Positions 58,542 through 64,000 of a stretch of 64,000 nt of DNA are shown here, piece by piece. This DNA is from Candidatus Marinacidobacterales bacterium (lineage in GTDB: Bacteria > Acidobacteriota > Vicinamibacteria > Marinacidobacterales > DATDRI01): positions 5,408,001-5,472,000 of the forward strand of contig CBDCNP010000002.1 in NCBI GenBank assembly GCA_965219415.1. Direction: 5' to 3'. The notes under the pieces are model-generated. The model did not search any database. It had not been told where the DNA came from and worked only from the letters and a program-made list of their open reading frames with translations. A program made the position numbers and the translations under genes. Each line of letters starts with the position of its first letter. Position 1 is the stretch's first letter.

Positions 58542-59498
58542 CGTCGTGTCCGAAAACGCGGACGGAGCCGAAAGCTCGAATGCTGGAGGCGTTCTCGAAA
58601 TTCGCGGAGACCAGCCGACGCGGTACTGGCTCTGCGATAGGCGACCCCGAGCAGACCTCTCCTCCAGAGCATCCGTTCTGTCCAGCTTGCGCGCCCGAAC
58701 TCCTATGCGGCGGCGCGGTGGTCATAACTGAGCAAACCGCCCAATCGCTTACGACAGCGCACGTTTCCATGGGGTGTGCCTTCCATTTATTCATCCGGGC
58801 GCACCGAACCTGATTAGTCTCCAGTCTGCTGGCGGTGCTTGCGCTGTTTACTGTTGGTGATGTGCACGCATCCCTTTGCAAAAGAGGCGTTTACGCTCCA
58901 TTTAATGCGCAGCGAAGGTCACGAGCGCTATTTTGGCTGTAATTAAACGCACCGTAATATCTTAGCATCATCTCACCAACACTTAATGGCGGAAGCACCC
59001 ACCAAGGTCTCGGCAACGAGCTCCTCACACCTCTGCCGGCAAGCGCGAATGACGCTGGCCCCATCGTGTCGCGAGAGCGACTTGGGGGCATTCTCAACTA
59101 CTACTGCCGTGCCGCGTAGATGGTCGCCGGCGACGGTAGCCCCTCGGCGGGCTCGACCGGCGTAGCGTGAAAACAGCTTCAGGAACACGCTTCGATATTC
59201 GCTCTCGACTACGTGGTCATCTGCATGGTGACGACCCGCCCGCCCAAGACGATTGTAAAGCCCACGGCCCTTGGCCCGGTCGCAAACACAGACACTAAGT
59301 TGCTGATTTATGGCCTATTTCAAAAGGGCCGAGTTTTAGCACAGGACGGCGTAGCAACACTTGATGGCGGAAGCACCGCGTCGATGAACCGACGGCGAAA
59401 GTGTGCAGAAGTTCCACCGAGGCGAAGACGAGTTCGCAGGATATCGCTCTCATGGTTGTCTGGCCGTCGATACGCGATCTTCTTTTTTGCGGATCACA
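58542..59498. mobile_element. Stack of six element pieces: A right end, G left end, IS1-MITE (58834-58999), B right end (to 59348), IS1 end, D right end
   Basis: Each piece matches copies elsewhere in the window (4341-4631, 30073, 7121, ~55785-56134, 36870, 5740-5763). Confidence 0.85.
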
Positions 59499-59605
59499 GG
59501 GGTTTGACGCTGTGGTGTCGTGAACGAGAGGTTGGGAAAGCGGCCCCACTTGCGCCGGGGTTGAATCGTGCAACAGCGCCCCTTCTAAGGTCACCGCCAC
59601 CGTTC

Positions 59606-61591
59606 TCAGTTCACGCAGCAGTCGAACCAGTCGGCAAGGTATCGTCCGACAAGGAGGTGTCCCTTGTTATTCAAATGAGTATCGCCGCGCACAAAGAGAT
59701 TCTTGTTCGTTTCGGCTACATAGGCCCTCAGCGGTGGGAGCAGGTCAAGGAACGGAATGTTCGCCTCTCGGGCAAAAAGACGAACATATGCCTGCGGCAA
59801 ATCGATATCGTAGTGGTCCCCAGACATACGCCCACTATAGACCTGGTCACGCGTCGGAAGGGCTACGACGATCAGCCTAGCACCGTTCGTACGGGCCAGA
59901 TCGTCGATTCTCGTCAGCGTTTCGAGAGAAACATCCTTGGCCCTGACCGCAACCTCCGAGTAGGGAAACTGAGACCAGAAAGAGTAGGAGACGAATCGGC
60001 TGCTCGCCACGAAATCTACCGTCAGGTTCTCCATCCTCAAAAAGGGCGCGACGAACCGGAACACCGCGAGACGGCGAAGCCACTCCTTCAAGATGGATGT
60101 CTCAGGACTCGGGTGCGCCATCGTGTGAGGAGCGTTTACGAACCGCTCCGGGACTCTCTCCTTCAGGTTCTGCTCATTGAGGACAGCGGTACCGTCAACG
60201 AGGAGCTCCTTCCAGAGACCGAGGTAAGTGTCTCGGAAGTCATTACCGTTGTACATGACGACGACCACGAAGCTCGGCTCGAAATCGATACCTTTCTCGG
60301 CGAGGAGCAGCTCAACATCGGCGAAGCCGTATCCACCTACTCCGAAGTTAAGCACCTCCCACTCCGAGGAAAGGCTTTCCTCGAATACGCCGACGAAACT
60401 CCTCTCGACGGAGTCCGCCCAACTTCCAAACGTAAAGGAGTCTCCAAAAAAGGCAATGCGCCTTTTCCCTGATGGCTCGACCGATACTTCTCGCCAAGGC
60501 ATCCCGTGGCTGTTAGTGTGAATCTTCACCTCGGAGCCAGCAACGCTAGTCACAAGATCGAGGTTCGGTTTGAGTCGATAGGAGCCGGTCCCTTCGGGGT
60601 TGGGCTCGAAAAGCGATAGTTTCTCTGGTGGCAACTGTTGCTGCTCGTGCTGCCAGGCCTCATAGCTTCTCAGAAACACCTCCGTTGCCGTCAGGGACAC
60701 GAGCGTGCTCACGGTGGTGGCGAGGACAGGAAAGAGCACGCGCCTGCTTCGCGAGTACGCGAAGAGAATGCTCCGCTGCAACACGATACCCGCAGGAAAG
60801 ATCGACCACAGCCAGAACAAGACGGTGGAGCTTTCTACTGGCCGCAGTGCGGTAAGTGCTGCAATAGCGAGAATCAAAGCTCCGAGGACGAGAAAAAACA
60901 CCCTGGTAGAGAAGCCGAAGAGGCGAAAGGAGATCGCTCCCAGAACGAGGAAGACATAAGGCACCATCCACTCGTAGGCAGTCGGCAACAACATCGCCCC
61001 GCCGGACATAGGATCGACCTCGACCCAATCCATGCCCAGACCCATGTCCGAGCGCAAATGACTCGGTGGAGACCTACCTCCCGAAACGACAAGATCGATG
61101 TGGAGGGCGCTGCGCTCCGCCACTTCTTGTGGGATGACCGTCCGGATGCCTGCCCACGGATAAGAGTTCTCGGTGAAAACGAAGTCATCAATAAGAACAT
61201 CGTTGACGCTCATTCGTACGGTTCCGGCGAGCCCAAAACGGTGGCTTCTAACCCAGATTCTCAAAGGTGAACGCAGTGCGTGGAAGGGAAGTTGGAGCGT
61301 AGCCGTCCTCCCGGAAAGCCTTCCGTCGGAACCGATGACGTCGACGGAGCCGTCCTCGTGTCGGAACGGGCCAGTCATCTCCAATCGAGGGGAAAAGGTT
61401 TCAGGATTTTCGAGATAACGCTTGTCCCACGACCCGATGTTGAAGCGTCGCGTTTTCTGTGCCTGGTAGACGGCAAAGTAGATGGGCGCAAAGAGTAGAA
61501 GAAGCAACGCAGTCACGAGAAAAGAAGTCTTGCTCACGATGCCTCGAACGCCAGTACGACAGCCAGGATGCGCACTACGGAAGGCTATCAC
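59606..61591 (-). CDS. Membrane protein with SGNH/GDSL hydrolase domain
   Basis: FFGDSFTFG, LNFGVGGY, GND and DTHLNNKGH; several TM helices; start uncertain. Confidence 0.85.
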   Translation of the reverse strand: MIAFRSAHPGCRTGVRGIVSKTSFLVTALLLLLFAPIYFAVYQAQKTRRFNIGSWDKRYLENPETFSPRLEMTGPFRHEDGSVDVIGSDGRLSGRTATLQLPFHALRSPLRIWVRSHRFGLAGTVRMSVNDVLIDDFVFTENSYPWAGIRTVIPQEVAERSALHIDLVVSGGRSPPSHLRSDMGLGMDWVEVDPMSGGAMLLPTAYEWMVPYVFLVLGAISFRLFGFSTRVFFLVLGALILAIAALTALRPVESSTVLFWLWSIFPAGIVLQRSILFAYSRSRRVLFPVLATTVSTLVSLTATEVFLRSYEAWQHEQQQLPPEKLSLFEPNPEGTGSYRLKPNLDLVTSVAGSEVKIHTNSHGMPWREVSVEPSGKRRIAFFGDSFTFGSWADSVERSFVGVFEESLSSEWEVLNFGVGGYGFADVELLLAEKGIDFEPSFVVVVMYNGNDFRDTYLGLWKELLVDGTAVLNEQNLKERVPERFVNAPHTMAHPSPETSILKEWLRRLAVFRFVAPFLRMENLTVDFVASSRFVSYSFWSQFPYSEVAVRAKDVSLETLTRIDDLARTNGARLIVVALPTRDQVYSGRMSGDHYDIDLPQAYVRLFAREANIPFLDLLPPLRAYVAETNKNLFVRGDTHLNNKGHLLVGRYLADWFDCCVN

Positions 61592-61639
61592 GAGGGACTT
61601 CTATCCTGCTCGCCTGGAAGTTGAAGCCACCAACAAGCG

Positions 61640-61802
61640 GTGCTGAGATGGCGGCGGAGATCTCCACCGATCCGTCGGTACTGCCGTTGTCGGCGATGAT
61701 GACCTCGCCGCCGATGCCGTTGTCACGAAGGGAACGCGACGCCTTTTCGATGCAAGTCGCGAGCGTTTCTGCTTCCTTGAGGCAAGGTATTACGACAGAA
61801 AG
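61640..61802 (-). pseudogene. GT2 glycosyltransferase N-terminal scrap
   Basis: LSVVIPCLKEA...EVIIADNGSTDGS. Confidence 0.8.
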
Positions 61803-63003
61803 GGTGCTTCTGCCACCAAATGTTGCTACGCGGCTGCGGGCAAGTGGCACAGGTGCGGAAGAGACAGGGTTGCGCGCCCAACTGAGCAGGAAAACCTCGA
61901 TCTGCGACCACAAAGGAATCGTCGTCGCCAAGAAGATGTCTCGAAAGGTGATCCGTCGCGTGGTCAGACCGGCTTGCATAGCCGGAGTTCGGATCTCACG
62001 TCCGAACTTCAGGGCTCCGTGCGCTCGGACGAAGTTGTAATAGCAACGGAGCAACTCCATGTGCTCATCGAGCCTCTCCGTCGAGCGAGCGTGGGAAAGC
62101 GTTCAGCTCGGCATACCTTTCGAGACGAGCCGGATGGTCAGATTCAACCGCTCGATGAACGAGGTGTTCAATGTCGAGGAGTCCTCGGAGTTATTGAGCG
62201 CGTCTTCGAATCGCCACGCGGCTCCGTGCAGCGCTCTCCGTTCGACCTTGATGATACGATTGTTCCTGCGCGTCTTGAGGACCTGGCCGTAGAGACACGC
62301 TGGCCCGAAGAAGCGACGGATGACCTTCTGGTAGAATTCGAATCCATCCGTGACGATCAGGGGAAGATGCCCGAAATTCATCCGCCTCGAAAGGTCGCGA
62401 AACAAAGCGTGAGTGTTCCGGTAGCTTCGCCTTCCCGTCACCGTCGATGGCCAGAGCCGAGACCAGACCTCGATCGTAACGAAGACCCAACTCGGCGTCT
62501 TTTTGTTGCCCGCGAATGTGCGAATCTCGTCGGCTTGAAGCTCTTCGGCAGCGAACCCGGCGATCCTTCTGTGGTTGAATCGACGACACACTTGGGCTGC
62601 CTTCTCGAGCCAGCGGGCGACGGTGTTCCAGGCAATCCCTTCGACCCGGGAAATCGCGGAAATGCTGACACCCTCGACTCTGAGAGCGATGACCCCATCG
62701 AAAGTAGCTCTTCGATGTTGGAGACGGTAGTAGGGCATGCCTTTCGTTAAAGAGAACGTCTTTCCGCACTCGCCGCACCGGTATCGACGGCGTTTCCCGG
62801 ACCTCGTTCTGTAGAATCCGTTGCGAATGATGCTTCTGGAACCGACCTTTCCATACAACGGACATGCGGGATTGAGACATCTGCGATTCTTCACTTCGGC
62901 TCGGCCCTGACGACGAGAGAACTGTGTCTTCGGAATTCTGGTTCAAACTCTAGCACGCAGACGGGTTAGGGGATGGCCGCCAACACTTAATTGCGGAAGC
63001 ACC
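61803..63003 (-). mobile_element. IS1-family element, second copy, inactivated by a micro-inversion
   Basis: Colinear with 35695-36895; premature TGA at 62103. Confidence 0.88.
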
Positions 63004-63190
63004 TACCACCGATTCTCTGCCTGAGCTTTCGCGATGTCGAGGATCTGCTGGCTCAATGCGGCATCACCGTTTCCTATGAAGCGGTCCAACTTTGGTCCAT
63101 CAAGTTCGGGTCAGAATACGCTCAGCGACTGAAGCGTCGACAGGGTCGTCTCGGTGACACGTGGCACCTGGACGAGGTTTTCATAAAGGG
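63004..63190 (+). pseudogene. IS6-family transposase scrap
   Basis: LSFRDVEDLLA...VSYEAV...WHLDEVF. Confidence 0.85.
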
Positions 63191-63192
63191 GT

Positions 63193-64000
63193 CTACGCGG
63201 ATTCGTGTGGGTTGAAAACTGCATTTCTGGGTAATGGCGGAAGGAAAGCCGCCACGATCTTCAGCTTGAGATATTCCTCGTCGCGATAGCCGTAGGCGCG
63301 TCGTTGCAGAACACGGATTTTGTTGTTGACCCCTTCAACTAGGCCGAGACTGACTTTGTTCTCCGGATGACAGTAGGAGGCGATACCATCCCAATGGGAT
63401 TCAATCATACCGGCGAACTTCTGGTACGGATGCAGGCGTTGCCATTTGAGGCTGTCTTTCCAACGGGTGAAAAAGGCGCGAGCGCCGCGTTCGGTGCGGT
63501 AATCCCAGAGTTGCCCGAAGGCCTCCTTCAAAATATAGGCGGTGTTCAGGCGCCGGTTGGCCTGGAGCAACTTTTTGAGTGCGCGGCGACCGTCTAGGCT
63601 CAGGTTCTCCCGCCGGGAAAGCAAAGTGTAACGCTGCCCCTTGATGTACGACCGGTCCTTGCCGCTGAGGCGTTTGTACTCACCGCGCCGGACCTCATCG
63701 AGGGCCTTTGACAGATGACGCATGATATGAAACTTGTCGAAGATGATCCGCGCATTAGGCGTGTTGTGAATCACCGAGTTCCGGAAGGGCTTCCACATAT
63801 CCATGGCGGCCAGCTTGATACGGGCGCTTTTCTTTCCGCCCAGCGCCTTGAAGAACAAATCGATGTCGGTTTCTTTGCGACCCTCACCGCCCACCCAGAT
63901 GGGACGCGCCCGCTCCAGGTCGCTGACAATGACGCGATAGTTATGTCCCTTGCGGATGGAGATCTCATCGACACCGATGGCCCGAGGCGCCGGTAGCCCC
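63193..64000 (-). mobile_element. ISL3-family transposase (partial at window edge)
   Basis: IGIDEISIRKG, MDMWKPF, FDKFHI and VEGVNNKIRVLQRRAYG. Confidence 0.9.

Overview
High-GC, probably marine Acidobacteriota DNA; this is inferred from an ADOP-type permease, acidobacterial-style TonB-dependent receptors and a DddK-like cupin. The window is an extreme mobile-element patchwork. Intact genes or short operons are separated by stacks of transposon ends, MITEs and 80-800 bp gene scraps. The intact genes include an M28 peptidase, an MFS transporter, an OM beta-barrel, a bacilliredoxin, an S1/P1 nuclease, tRNA-Ser(GCT), CIRCE-groES-groEL, an amidohydrolase, two TonB-dependent receptors, a GT4, a sulfatase-like protein, panG-like-panB-panC-coaX, a CotH kinase and an SGNH protein. 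Recognisable elements are IS3, IS5 (IS903-like), IS256, IS1-like, IS6, IS110, ISL3, ISNCY and group II intron 3' ends, plus at least five families of unclassified integrase-core (rve) elements that I label A, B, C, D and G. Best candidate for a new system: an IS110 left non-coding end, present in two copies. It carries an internal 10-nt segment (TGTCAAGTTT) identical to the DNA immediately flanking the element, and that flank is an IS6-type terminal inverted repeat. This would be a putative bridge RNA programmed against another transposon's end. Other notable items: rve elements with 5'-CGT termini and ~100-bp TIRs, a 166-bp IS1-derived MITE family, leaderless -10-only promoters on surviving genes, template-switch inversions, a truncated DddK-like cupin and a truncated selenoprotein peroxiredoxin. 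Coordinates were counted by eye. Family assignments come from motif recognition, not database searches.
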